Source of the DNA: an uncultured bacterium
GTDB taxonomy: Bacteria > Patescibacteriota > Patescibacteriia > Magasanikbacterales > GWA2-37-8
Reading direction: 5' to 3'
Assembly: GCA_937903605.1 (NCBI GenBank)
Contig: CALCZC010000007.1
Location: forward strand, 189,805 to 253,804
DNA length: 64,000 nucleotides
Part shown: positions 1-11,700 of the stretch, piece by piece
Layout: every line of letters begins with the position of its first letter
Position numbering within the stretch: position 1 is the first letter of the stretch
Notes under the pieces: model-generated
The model's database searches: none
Seen by the model: only the letters and a program-made list of their open reading frames with translations
What the model was told of the DNA's origin: nothing
Position numbers and translations under genes: made by a program

Positions 1-227
1 AGTGTCATATTTCAATATCTTGAGTATATAATAGCTAAAATAATTTTTCAATACAACAATAAATCTTTTTGCTTTAATTTAGCATAGTTATGCTAATCAC
101 CGGCCCCGCTGAGCGGGGCTACTCTCGCGCTTAGCGCGAGGCTTGCAAATTTTTTAAGTTTATTATATACTGGAAGCAAATCGCTTATTAAACGCGAAAT
201 TTTTAATGTATTTAATATTTTAATCCT

Positions 228-425
228 ATGGGTTTACCAGGCCATAGACGAACTTCGTCTCATAAAAGAAAAAGAGCTGCTCATTTTGCTCTTTCCTCTA
301 CCGCTATTAATGCTTGCCCAAAATGTGGCAAAGCTGTTCGTCCGCATCGCGCATGCGCTTTTTGCGGTACTTATAAAGGAAAACAAGTGATTAAAACTGA
401 AAAAAAATTAACTAAAAAGAAATAA
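228..425 (+). CDS. rpmF: 50S ribosomal protein L32
   Basis: 65 aa protein with the CPKCG...HRACAFCG zinc-ribbon motif typical of L32. Confidence 0.85.
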   Translation: MGLPGHRRTSSHKRKRAAHFALSSTAINACPKCGKAVRPHRACAFCGTYKGKQVIKTEKKLTKKK

Positions 426-437
426 CTTTGAAATCTT

Positions 438-1016
438 ATGTCCAATCGCCATTTGGCGCGCAGTATCGCGCTGCAAGTCCTTTTTGAATGGGACTTTCGC
501 GGGAAAAATTTACAAGAACTCGGTTCTATCGTTGAACACGACTTGTTAGAATTTGGCGCGGGATTGAACGAAAAAGATTTTACTCTTTCTTTGGTTAATG
601 GTGTTATTGAAAACATACCCGCCATTGACGAGGTTATTATCAAATACGCTCCGAGTTGGCCTATAGAGCAGATTACCAACGTAGATCGCAATGTTTTACG
701 TTTGGGAATATATGAGCTCAAGATAGCTCAAGAAGTTCCACCAAAAGTAGCCATCAATGAGGCTATAGAATTGGCTAAGAGTTATGGTGGTCCTGCTTCA
801 GGCAAATTTGTCAACGGAGTTTTGGGTTCTATCTACAAGGATATTCCCGAAGATGAAAAAATCGCTTTAGAGGAAAAAACTAAAAAGAAAGATAAAATAG
901 AAGAAAGCGAAGAAGTTGAAGAAACTACAGAGGAAATTACCGAGAATGAAACTGAAGTTGAAAAAAATACAAATAATAACGAAGATGACTACGAAACACC
1001 CGATGTTGAAAGATAA
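438..1016 (+). CDS. nusB: Transcription antitermination factor NusB with acidic C-terminal extension
   Basis: N-terminal [14 protein letters not shown] motif matches the NusB family; Glu/Asp-rich tail. Confidence 0.75.
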   Translation: MSNRHLARSIALQVLFEWDFRGKNLQELGSIVEHDLLEFGAGLNEKDFTLSLVNGVIENIPAIDEVIIKYAPSWPIEQITNVDRNVLRLGIYELKIAQEVPPKVAINEAIELAKSYGGPASGKFVNGVLGSIYKDIPEDEKIALEEKTKKKDKIEESEEVEETTEEITENETEVEKNTNNNEDDYETPDVER

Positions 1017-1021
1017 AATAT

Positions 1022-1828
1022 ATGCCGATAAAAAAAACAATTTCAAAAAATAAAATAAAAAAGGATTTACGCAATTTACCGGAAATCAAAGAGCGTAATT
1101 TTGAAATTCTGGAAGAAAAAATCGGTATTAAATTCAAAAATTTTGAATATCTAGTTCAAGCGTTTGTCCATCGTTCTTATCTCAACGAACATCATGATTT
1201 TCCTCTTTCTCACAATGAACGACTGGAGTTTTTGGGTGATGCGGTGGTTGAACTCATTGTAACCGAACATCTTTTCAATGAATACGGTAACCCCGAGGGC
1301 GAGCTAACCAATTGGCGCGCAGCTTTGGTAAACGCCAAAATCCTCTCCTCTATCGCCTATGAGATAGGCACTGAACCATTTCTCTTTTTGAGTCACGGCG
1401 AATCCAAAGACGCCGGCACCAAAGCTCGCGATTATATCATGGCCAATTTGTTTGAAGCGCTGGTCGGGGCGATTTATCTAGATCAAGGATATGAAGCTAC
1501 TACTAAATTTTTACAAACCTGGGTATTGCCAAAATTACCCTATATTTTAGAAAATGGCTTATACTTGGACCCTAAAAGCAGGTTCCAAGAAAGCGCTCAG
1601 GAGCTGGTTGGAGTAACGCCGACTTACAAAGTTATCAGTGAAGAAGGTCCGGATCATGCCAAAAATTTCAAAGTCGGAGTTTATCTGGACAAAGAATTGG
1701 TGGCCGAAGGAAACGGCACCAGCAAACAAGAGGCTCAAACAGAAGCTGCAGAAATAGCACTCAAAATCAAAGGATGGAAAGGCCCGAAGATAGATATTAT
1801 TAAGAGAAAATCTGGTGATCCAATATAG
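1022..1828 (+). CDS. rnc: Ribonuclease III
   Basis: ERLEFLGDAVVEL catalytic signature plus a C-terminal dsRBD-like region. Confidence 0.85.
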   Translation: MPIKKTISKNKIKKDLRNLPEIKERNFEILEEKIGIKFKNFEYLVQAFVHRSYLNEHHDFPLSHNERLEFLGDAVVELIVTEHLFNEYGNPEGELTNWRAALVNAKILSSIAYEIGTEPFLFLSHGESKDAGTKARDYIMANLFEALVGAIYLDQGYEATTKFLQTWVLPKLPYILENGLYLDPKSRFQESAQELVGVTPTYKVISEEGPDHAKNFKVGVYLDKELVAEGNGTSKQEAQTEAAEIALKIKGWKGPKIDIIKRKSGDPI

Positions 1829-1899
1829 CCGGTCTTCAGACTTCAGACTACTGACTACGGAACACAGAAGACAGAAGACTGTAGACCGAAGTCCGACAC

Positions 1900-1972
1900 G
1901 GGTCGCTAGCTCAGCTGGTAGAGCAGGTCCCTCTTAAGGACAAGGTCCGGAGTTCGAATCTCCGGCGACCCA
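1900..1972 (+). tRNA. tRNA-Lys (anticodon CTT)
   Basis: Hand-folded cloverleaf: acceptor GGGTCGC/GCGACCC, T-arm CGGAG-TTCGAAT-CTCCG, anticodon loop CTCTTAA; no encoded CCA. Confidence 0.75.
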
Positions 1973-1978
1973 CTAAAA

Positions 1979-2010
1979 AATAACTTCTCATTTATGAGGA
2001 GTTATTTTTT
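1979..2010 (+). terminator. Hairpin plus T-run after tRNA-Lys
   Basis: aataacttctcattta tgaggagttatttttt. Confidence 0.5.
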
Positions 2011-2021
2011 ATTATGTTGAG

Positions 2022-2153
2022 CCGGAGATTCGAACAAAGGGGTGGTGGGGAAAGTATTTCCCCACATTACCGAGGAGGAGCTGTTGAGGAACCCGAAGGT
2101 TCCTCAAGGAGGAGGCCAAAGGCCGACGACGTTCGATTCCTCCGGCGACCCAC
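2022..2153. other. tRNA-linked structured module E1
   Basis: Begins with the exact reverse complement of the tRNA-Lys T-loop and 3' T-stem (ccggagattcgaa). Ends with a near-copy of the tRNA 3' end (ttcgattcctccggcgacccac). Internal hairpins; the minus strand reads cUUCGg. Confidence 0.5.
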
Positions 2154-2340
2154 GACGCTTAGCGTCGTTAAAGGAACGCTTAGCGTTCCACAAACCGCTA
2201 AGTATACGAAGGGACGCTCAGCGTCCCACAAACAAAACAATCCTGCGTCAGCGGGATTTTTTTGTTTATACGATTAAGGCGAACTTTTTTGTCATTCCCG
2301 CGAAGGGACGCTGAGCGTTCCGAAGGCGGGAATCCAGTGG
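2153..2340. repeat. Cluster of GC-rich hairpins with 3-nt loops
   Basis: gacgcTTAgcgtc, ggaacgcTTAgcgttcc, gggacgcTCAgcgtccc, gggacgcTGAgcgttcc. Confidence 0.6.
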
Positions 2341-2343
2341 TGA

Positions 2344-2640
2344 TCAAAATGGCAATAATTCGTCGTACAAATCTTTCCATTGTGGATTATTTTCTTCAAT
2401 CAATCTTAATTTCCATTTTCTATTCCATTTTTTAAGATGTTTTTCTCTTGATATGGCATTATCTATATTATCGTAAACTTCATAATATACCAAAATATGT
2501 ACATTGTATTTTTTGGTAAAGCCTTTTATTGTATTACTTTTATGCTCAAAATTTCTTCTAATCAAATCATTGGTTACGCCGGTATATAATGTACCGTTTT
2601 TCTGACTAGCTAAAATATAGACATAATATTGTTTGGACAT
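2344..2640 (-). CDS. GIY-YIG nuclease family protein (UPF0213/YhbQ-like)
   Basis: YYVYILAS...GTLYTGVTNDLIRR...EHK...KKY GIY-YIG core. Confidence 0.75.
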   Translation of the reverse strand: MSKQYYVYILASQKNGTLYTGVTNDLIRRNFEHKSNTIKGFTKKYNVHILVYYEVYDNIDNAISREKHLKKWNRKWKLRLIEENNPQWKDLYDELLPF

Positions 2641-2711
2641 ATATTATACATTAATACTTTCCTGGATCCCCGCCTTTCCCAAAGGGAGGCCTTTGGCCCG
2701 CGGGGATGACA

Positions 2712-2748
2712 ATCAAAAACCGCTCCTATTTATTAGGAACGGTTTTTA
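2712..2748. terminator. Bidirectional hairpin terminator after the giant gene
   Basis: aaaaaccgctcctatttattaggaacggttttt immediately 3' of the 2757 stop. Confidence 0.5.
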
Positions 2749-2756
2749 TTATTTTT

Positions 2757-5700
2757 TTATTCCACAGGAACATCTGCCGGAGTTTCAGCCGGGGCTGCAG
2801 GTTCTTCAGTCGGAGAGGTATCTGGTACCGGTTCTTCTACCGGAGGTGTTTCTTCAACCGGCTCTACCGGCGTTTCAGCCGGAGGCGTTTCTGTTACAGG
2901 TTCTATTGGAGTTTCCGCCGGCGCTTCTATCGGCGCGGATGGCGTGGATTCGCCAGAGCTTTCAATCGGCGGTAAAATTATTTCTTCGTTTATTTTATTA
3001 TAAAAATCTTTTAACGATTCTACCGTGCCGTTTGAACTATAAATTTTCGTATCATCCTCCACTATATAGGCCTGCCAATTAAATATTACACTATCGGTCG
3101 CTTGTTCGGTCAAAGTAATTTCAAATCCGCGAGTCGTGACATTTTGTAATTTCCAACGACCGTCAAAATTGAGAGGGGTAATTCCCATCATCGGTGGTAC
3201 GGCATATTCTCCTTCAAAATCAACTTTCACCGAAATATCTCCGGCCATAATTTGCGCTTGACCCAACAAATTAGTTTCCATTTCTTCAGGGATTTCTTCA
3301 ACAATTTCTTCAGTAGTCAACATCGGGGTTTCCTTTGAATCATCTTGCCATACGCGATAATAATCAATATCTATATATTGCGCCCCGCCTCCGGCTACGG
3401 TATTGTTCATAATCATAGAAGTCAACCCGACAGTCGGAATATTGGTCGTTGCTTGACCGCAATAAAACCAATCCACTCCGTCAGTTGCATCGTTATCAAT
3501 ATAAAAATTTATCTCTCCCGTCCCGTCACCATTACTGGAAACTACTTCTATTTTTGCCACCCCAAATACAGCAGTGTTGATAGCTTGTCCCGCACAATCA
3601 ACAACAGTGGAAGCTCCGGCGCGACGCGAAACACCCTGCCACTCTCCGTTGGTGGTGTTATTGGTAAAATAAACACCGTTTAGAGGGTCTGCAGTTTGAG
3701 CTCGAGACAGATTGCTCAAACCAATTCTAAATCGGATATTGGCAGTAACAGCGGACGGAGAAGCTTTGAAAGTTATGACCGGTAAATTGGCGGTATTAAA
3801 GACAAGATTGGCGGTTCCGGCAGTTGTAATCCCATGATATGCCAAACAAGAGTTGGCGCCATTTGTCGCTTGCTGTCTGCCGATACCGTTTACTCCGTTT
3901 GCCACTGAACTCCAAGTACAAGCCGTATTTTCATCAACTGTGAATTGTTGAAAATCACCCCAAGCATACAAAGTATCTGCAGTCACATTTCCTCTACCGC
4001 GCATAAATTCTTCGCCAAAATAAGAATTTCTAGCAATAAAAGCTCCTGTTTCTAAACTCATCCCAAAATTTTGTGATAAATATTTTGCCTCACCCACAAC
4101 AACTCCATCTGAATTTAGCCAATGTTGTAAAGCTGCAGTTTGTCCAACCATACCCTGAACAGCTAAACCAACATTAGTAGTAGTAGCAGTCAAAATATGA
4201 ACCTGACCGGAAAAAACATTTGTATCATTAGCAAAACCACCAAAGCCTATTTCACCAGTTCTAGCTATTTGCATATCTGAATATTCTGTACTACTACCTA
4301 CGGGCTGACGCTTAATACTCCAATAAGGAGTATCGGCTCTGGTATCTAAACGGAAAATAGCACCAATAGAAGAAGTATTTCTATCCCCCAGCTGAGTAGC
4401 ATTAATACCATAGCTCAATAATGTTCCCCCGACTTCTGAGAATAAACCAGCTTTCCATGTAGAACTGTTGGTTACATTCAAACCAATTAAATCAGTGGAA
4501 CCAGCTCGATTAGGGAAAGCATTTGGACCAATTATCCAACCGTCAGTGCCTGAAGTAATTCTGAAATCTCCTTCGTTCAAACTCAATTTAGAAATAGGGG
4601 TAGACGTCCCAATGCCTATATATCCACCATTGGTTATTCTCATTCTTTCATTTTCCGCTTGCCAACCATCAGTCATAAAAATAAGTGCAGCATCGGTACT
4701 GGTAGATTCATTTATAAAATAAGAACCACCCGGAGCTACAGAGTCCCAAACTGCACTTCCTGGCAAAACACCCGCGAAACCTGGAGTGTCTATGCCATAA
4801 TAACCCAATTGTAAAAATTCAACATCACTCCCAGCTTTTAAATTAAATAAAGCTGTTTTGGTACTACTTCCAGATTTTACCTCTGCAGTAAGACCATTAT
4901 CCGGTTCATAAATTCGCAATTTATAATAACCAATATCCGAAGTTCCTATACCGACATGGCCGTATTGATTTACAATTAATGCTGGTTCAGAAGAACTAGT
5001 CATAATACTCAACAACGGATAAGTGGTTGTGCCGGTAATGGATAACATAGCCCCAGGATCTTGCTGATTAATACCTATTGTACCGGTAGAATTCAAAGTT
5101 AAAACATTGTTAAATAATCCCGCATCATCTACAAAATAAAATATAAATTTATCATCTTGATTATCATCTCTTTTTGAAAGTTGCCAATATTTATTATTTT
5201 GGGTTACAAAATTCAAGTTTGTAGCTCCCGCAATAGTTTTTTGTAAAATTGTCATTGCCGGGCCTGCATTATCTGTCACTACATGCAAAGGTGCTTGAGG
5301 AGTAGTAGTACCGATACCAACAGGACCACCAATCACCATTTTACCTGTGGTAGTAACATCGCCATTTACCTGTAAAGCAGTTGAACTCACTAAACCCGAA
5401 ACCATCAAACCGTTTGATAATTCAAATTGTGTAGCAGAATTATTCCAACGTAGATAATTATTAATGCCATTGTTAAAATAAAAATTATTATTTCCTGCAG
5501 TAGTAAATTGAATATTATCACCAAACAAAACCGGACCGGATAAAGTAGATGTTCCGGTGACCGATAAATTTCCACCTAACTTAGAGTGTCCAACTACTTC
5601 AAATTTTACATTACTACTGGTGGCACTATTTCCTACCACTACTGCATAATCTCCTGTTAAGTCCGGATAAACAACATTAGCGGTCGTAGTTACCCAAATA

Positions 5701-8700
5701 CTACTGCCTCCGCCACCAGATGGCCAAGTATTGCGAGTCACTCCGCCCAAAGTGATGGAATCAGCCACCAAAATATCAGTGGTACTCACTGTGCCTAAAA
5801 CATTGATATTGTTTACAGTCAAATCCGAAATCGTAGTTGTAGCCAAAATTGAATTACCCAAAACATTCAGCGTGCCGTCAATATATACCGAAGAACTGGC
5901 ATAAATAATATCTTTGAACCACACCGGAAGAGTTGTGGAAGTTGTCAAAACATTTCCGCCGTTGTGCGAAGCTAACAACCAGTTGGCGGTCGCCCCGCCG
6001 GCACTCGCCAACAAATTTCCGTTCCAATAAAGATCTCCGCCAATGTTGTAAATAGAGTTGGTGGTAGTGGCTGTGGCCGTATCTCCAATATAAATACCTC
6101 CGTCAACGTGGAGTTTGTTAAGCGGATCATAAAGTGCTTGGCCGATACCCACAAACCCGGTTCCTGCCTGAATAGTCAAAATGTCGTCCCCTTCCGCCCC
6201 GACTGAGTCGTCCCAAAGACGAAAATCCAGAGAACTGGTCGGCATATACCAAGACCAACCATTGTCATAACTACCACTATTCACGCGACGGATATAATGT
6301 CCCGCCTCACCGTTACCATTGGCGACAATGGTAATATAATTACGAGAGCTGGTAGGACTGGAGCTTAAATCAGATCCCCAAACTTCCAAAAGATCATAAG
6401 GTGTGGAAGTGCCTATTCCAAAAGAACCCTCAAATGTGGCAAAAGATTTATTTTGTAAATCACCATGACCGTTACTAATAAAATATTCCACTGTGCCGGA
6501 AACTCCGTCCGCAGTATATCTCACCGGGAAAATATCAGTATCTGTTTTGAACTGGTTGGAAGTCAACACTATATGATCGTTGGCCGTATTGGCGGAGCTA
6601 AGGTAAACATTGTTTTCACTAACCCCCGGACCGGCCCAAGCAAAAGAAGAATTGGTGATTTGCACTCCGGATAAAACAGTGGAACTGTTCACATAAGCCG
6701 GAATCAATTTTACGCTTCCCGGAGCCACAGTCAAAATTGTTGCAAATGCCGAATCAACATAAGTATTAAATCTGGCATTATCATGATAAAAAATCTTAAC
6801 GTTATTTGCCGGAGCAGTGGCATAAATCGGAAAAGTGATTACAGGGTCTTTGATAGTAGCAATACTACGTAAACTTTGATTATCGGTATAAAGCACAGAT
6901 AGATCATCGTCACTGTCATAAGTATTTACAAAAATTTCCGGGTTATAGATATAAGCGTTGGTAATAGTTGAGCTGGTTAGATAAAAAATGGTATTTATTT
7001 TTGTCCCAACAGTATTGGTAGTTTGAGTAAAGTTGTATTTATTGGCGGTAAAACTTTCCAAAGTGCCGTTTTCTTGATAAACCACGGCTTGGATATCTTT
7101 ACTACCGTCCGTATATTTCGCACCCACAGTTACATTTTTCAAAACAGATTTACCTGCGCTTTTTATCTCTACCGCATAATCATCCGTATTTTCCAGATCA
7201 ACCATAGATAAAACACTGCCATAAGTCATATCAAACGTGACTTTGCCTTTGATAAAAGTATTACAACCCATACCTCGAACTACTACAAAATCTTTCATCT
7301 GCAAATCTTCGGTGAAAGTTCCGGCGGAAACTGAAACCGTATAAGGATTGGTAGAAGACGATAAAACCGCGGCCGTATCAATAGCGTTTTGGATGGTTTT
7401 TTTTGCTCTGGCCGTACTGTTGCCATCAAAACTGTCTTTACCGCTCACCGCGTTAACATAAATAATATTACCTTCAATAAGCGCGTCATTAATAACGATT
7501 TCCGACCAAACATTGTGATTATTATTGATATTGCGAAGTTCCATGATACCGTTATTGTCACGGAAACCATATCCTGCTGCTCCGGTCGTAGTGCCAAAAT
7601 TAATATAACGATTTTCTCCTTCAATAAAAACATTACCACTAATTGATAACGGGGCCAAAGGAGTGGAAGTACCGATACCAACATAACCGGCATTACCCCC
7701 GCCGGTTCCAACTATCACCATACTTCTTTGTTCGTCGGTTGGATCAACATCAAAAATAATATCTCCGCCCGAGGCCAATGTCGAAAGTAATAAATCACTG
7801 ACTGAATACAACGCCAAACTGCCGGAAATTCCCGGGAGTCCGTCATTCCAGCCGGAACTCAAGGCTGTCAAACCGCCCAATTTTCCCAAATCGTTATACA
7901 AACTAAATTCCGCAGTAGAAGAAGGACCGGAGTTGTTATTGTGAATAGCCAAATTTAATTCATCATTAGTATCTCCGTATAAATAAAAGGCCTTGCCATT
8001 GACAGTGGTAGTATTTATAGCCACTAAACCGTTTTCATCTATAATCACGCGCTCTGTGCCGGCTGTTTGAAAATGAATTTTGTTTTCATTTGGTGAAGCT
8101 TCGGTTTCCACTTTAGTATCTCCGTCCGCGTCTTGAATATATGTGCTAGTATTACCACCGACAACCGGCGAGCCGTTCCAATAAAGTTGCCCGCCAAGAT
8201 TATAAAGGGTGTAAGAAGTTACTGCCGGAGAAGTACTGCAAATAGACAATCCACCTATTAATGTCAAAGCGTTTTTTGGTGTGGTAGTACCAATACCGAT
8301 AAAACCGCTGCTAGACACAAAAATATTACTGGTCGGCGCCCAAGAATCTCCATCCCAATAAGCAAATTGCCCTTCGGTAACACCAGGATCAACAGCAGTC
8401 AAAGGAACACTATTCATAAGATAACTACCGGTAATATCTATATCTCCGTCAACAGTCAATTGTGAATTGGGAGTGGAAGTACCAATACCGACATTGTCAC
8501 TACTGCCTTGTACAAACAAGGCATAATCATTATCCGGCGTCTTAACTTGAAAATCATAATTTCCACTACTACTGTTAAATATCGCTCCTCCTTGGAAATA
8601 CATCAACGAATTAAACCCATCCAAAGTCATTAATTTATTATCAATCAAACTTTTACCATCACCGGTGTCGTTGTTATAAAAATTAAAAAGCAAATTGGAG

Positions 8701-11700
8701 TTTGTTCCATATTTTGACATCATCCAACCTCGCATACTGGAAGTAGAACCAAATCCATCGGTATCCGAATAAAGATACAATCCGGCAATAGCACTCCTAT
8801 CTCCGCTGATTGCGGATAATTTTGCCTCACTGCTAGTCGCTTGAACTCCGAGCATCGTTCTTTCTCCGGGATTGTCATTAACAAAGATTAAACCATTATT
8901 TCTATAATAATCAGCTTGATAAGATAGTTTCGGAAGAATAGCCATGCCCGTATCAATTTTGATAACATCTTGATTGATATTGGAGTGCCTACCAAATAAA
9001 ACCACCCCTTCTTCTTCAGCCAAAGCGTAAAAATAAACATTGGCCGGATTATTGATGCTAATATCGGCACTGGAAAAAGCTCCGTCGCTCGAAGAAATAT
9101 TTATGGACGAACTGTCTTTTTGATCAATATTCAAAGTGGCCGCTTTCTGCAAATAACTGGCCGTAACTTTGGTAGCGGAATCGTCATTGGTAATAATGTT
9201 ATAATCCAAACCCCACATGTTGGAATAACGAATTTCCGCATAAGATCCGTTTCCTTCTATAAAAAGCCCTGTGCCCAAATCGCTGTTGGATCCGAATTCA
9301 CTGCCAACCATATAAAAAGATGACGAACCTGTCGTACTTTTCAAATGTACAAATCTGTTTTCAACATTTTCCATATAAACATTTTCGACTTGAGCTGCAG
9401 CACCGTTGTCTAAATTCACACCAATATTGCCGATATTATAAAAATCTGATTTGAAAATATTTAACAAGTTGGCTACTTGCATATTTATACCTGTCTCTGT
9501 GTCTATAATCACCAATTCGGAAAAATCCATCCAAACACTGCCGGTATTACTAACTCTAATAGCATCGCAACCGGATGTATTTCGAAAACCGACGGTTTGT
9601 GAACCGTCAATGGTCAACAAACGAATAGAAAAATCATTTTCTTCAGAAAAATTTATTTCAAAAATAGGACCGGGAGAACTGACCAGGTCCGTTGTCGGAC
9701 GAATCATCACCGCTTCTGTACTCATACCTCGAATACTTTTTATGTGAGTACTGGTAACAACCAAAGTAGATGAAACATCATAAACTCCGGGATAAATATT
9801 TATTATAGTGTCATAATCAACACCATTAGCAAAAGCAACAGCGTCTTCCAAATTATCAAAATCTCCCCCGCTTTTGGCCACATTGATGATATGGTCAACT
9901 TTGGTCGAAAAATTATTCCAACCACCACTCGCGTTCTTCCATTGCATCACCCCGGCATTATCGCGAATACCATAACCTACTGTCCCTGTATTATTTCCGA
10001 AATTCAAATACCTATCCGCGCCGGTAATAGAAAGATTGCCATAAACATCCAAAGCGGAAAGAGGAGAAGTGGTACCGATACCGACAGAACCTCCAAAATA
10101 ATTCACAGATGCTGTACCATCGGAATAAATATTAAAATTGGAATTTTGAGCAAAATTTTGTTCTTCGATATAAAGTCCGTACAAACTTCCGATTGTTCCC
10201 GTTCCCGTGCCGCTGGTCGGGTTATTAATTCTCATTCCAAAAGCCGTTCCAATATTTCCTCCTTCTATACCAAAATCTGATTGAATAGCCGAAGCATTGG
10301 AAATAATCCCATTACCTATACCGTTTTCAATATAACCGCTTAAGCCCAAAGCCAATCCTATGTTTCCGCTAAAATTTACATCTCCGGAACCATTAGTCGC
10401 TGTTTGTCCTCTCAATCCGAAAGCAACACCAACACTTCCCGTGGAATTGTCCAACTCGGCAGAAGAAATTTGTCCCAAAATCATGTTAACCGATCCTGAA
10501 CCTTGATGAATAACTTGATTTAAAAGACCGGCGATAACTTCAAAATTATTATTATTACCTTCATTGGTTGTAACACTGAGCAAAGTATTGATTGTTGTAG
10601 AAGCATCTTCTATAGGATCAAGCTCTATACCCATAACATTACCCAAAGTAAAGCCGTCTCCTGAATTTGATAAATTTGTATATTTTTTATAAGAAGCAAA
10701 AACCGAACCGCTTGGAATCTCTGCGGGAAAATTTTCTCCCACCATCAATTGAGTGATCGTGGTGGTGGACAAAGTGGAACTTCCTATAACATTCAAGTTG
10801 TTATTTATTATCAAAGCTCCGGTCATGGTATCGCCTGCAACATTAACCCAATTGTCCGTACCGGAGACCATAAAAGAGGTACTAGTAAAACCACTCCCCA
10901 CCAAACTCGTGCCGTTAAACCAAATAAATTCATTGCTCGCAAAACTGCCGGCATTGGTGCCGCCATTGGCAATCGGCAAAATTCCCGCGATATCGGAAGT
11001 CAGGTTTACTGTTGAAGTAGACCAAACACCGTTGTTAATTTTTACAAAACCTGTCCAACCGCTAGTGTCTTGTCCTGTCCCGCCATAATTGGTCGCAATA
11101 ATATCACCCTGCCATGTACCGGCGGAAATAGTACCAAAAGAAGATGCTCCGGTTAAGATAAGATTGGCAATAGTAGTCGTTGCCATCAGAGTATTTCCGG
11201 TAATGGCTAAATTTCCACTAATACTGGAAGTGGCAGTGCTACTGTTCATGGTTAAGTTTGCACCTGTAAATCCGCCGGATAAAATATTTAAATTCAAATT
11301 GTTATCCAGAGCCAAAAGCGTATTGGCCACAGCAGTGGAAGAAGCATGAAAACCGTCAACTCTGTCGGAATTGAAAGCATACGGATGAGTCGCCAAAATC
11401 ACACGCGGACTGGCTTCGTTGTCACTTTCTATTTTTACCGCCAAATAATAAGTACCTGTGCTAAAATCCAAATAACTCGGAAAAGCGCCGCAAGCACCAA
11501 GATTTACGGTAAAATATCCTTGGGCATCAGGTTGAACTTTGGGACAATTTCCGGAACTGCCGTCATAGACTTCAGTCCAAAGCAAAGGTCCGGCGGAACT
11601 TGGCGTATCTGTAGGAACTCCGGTGTTTGCGTTGTTATAAATAGAAAATTGAATAGTGGTAGAAGTAGTAATCGGCGTTCCTCCGTTATCTCGCAATCTG

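Noticed and set aside
371-1137. Minus-strand ORFs 371..721 and 937..1137
   Set aside because: They are antisense to rpmF, nusB and rnc, which have clear family motifs.
2014-2380. Track ORFs 2014..2277, 2042..2314 and 2198..2380
   Set aside because: They run through the GC-hairpin cluster and tRNA module, which lack stop codons by composition. The products are Pro/Arg-rich low-complexity sequences.
1900-2640. Genomic island integrated at tRNA-Lys (tRNA 3'-end direct repeat)
   Set aside because: The repeat is only about 130 bp from the tRNA. No integrase or cargo lies between, and the same structured interior occurs at tRNA-Arg.
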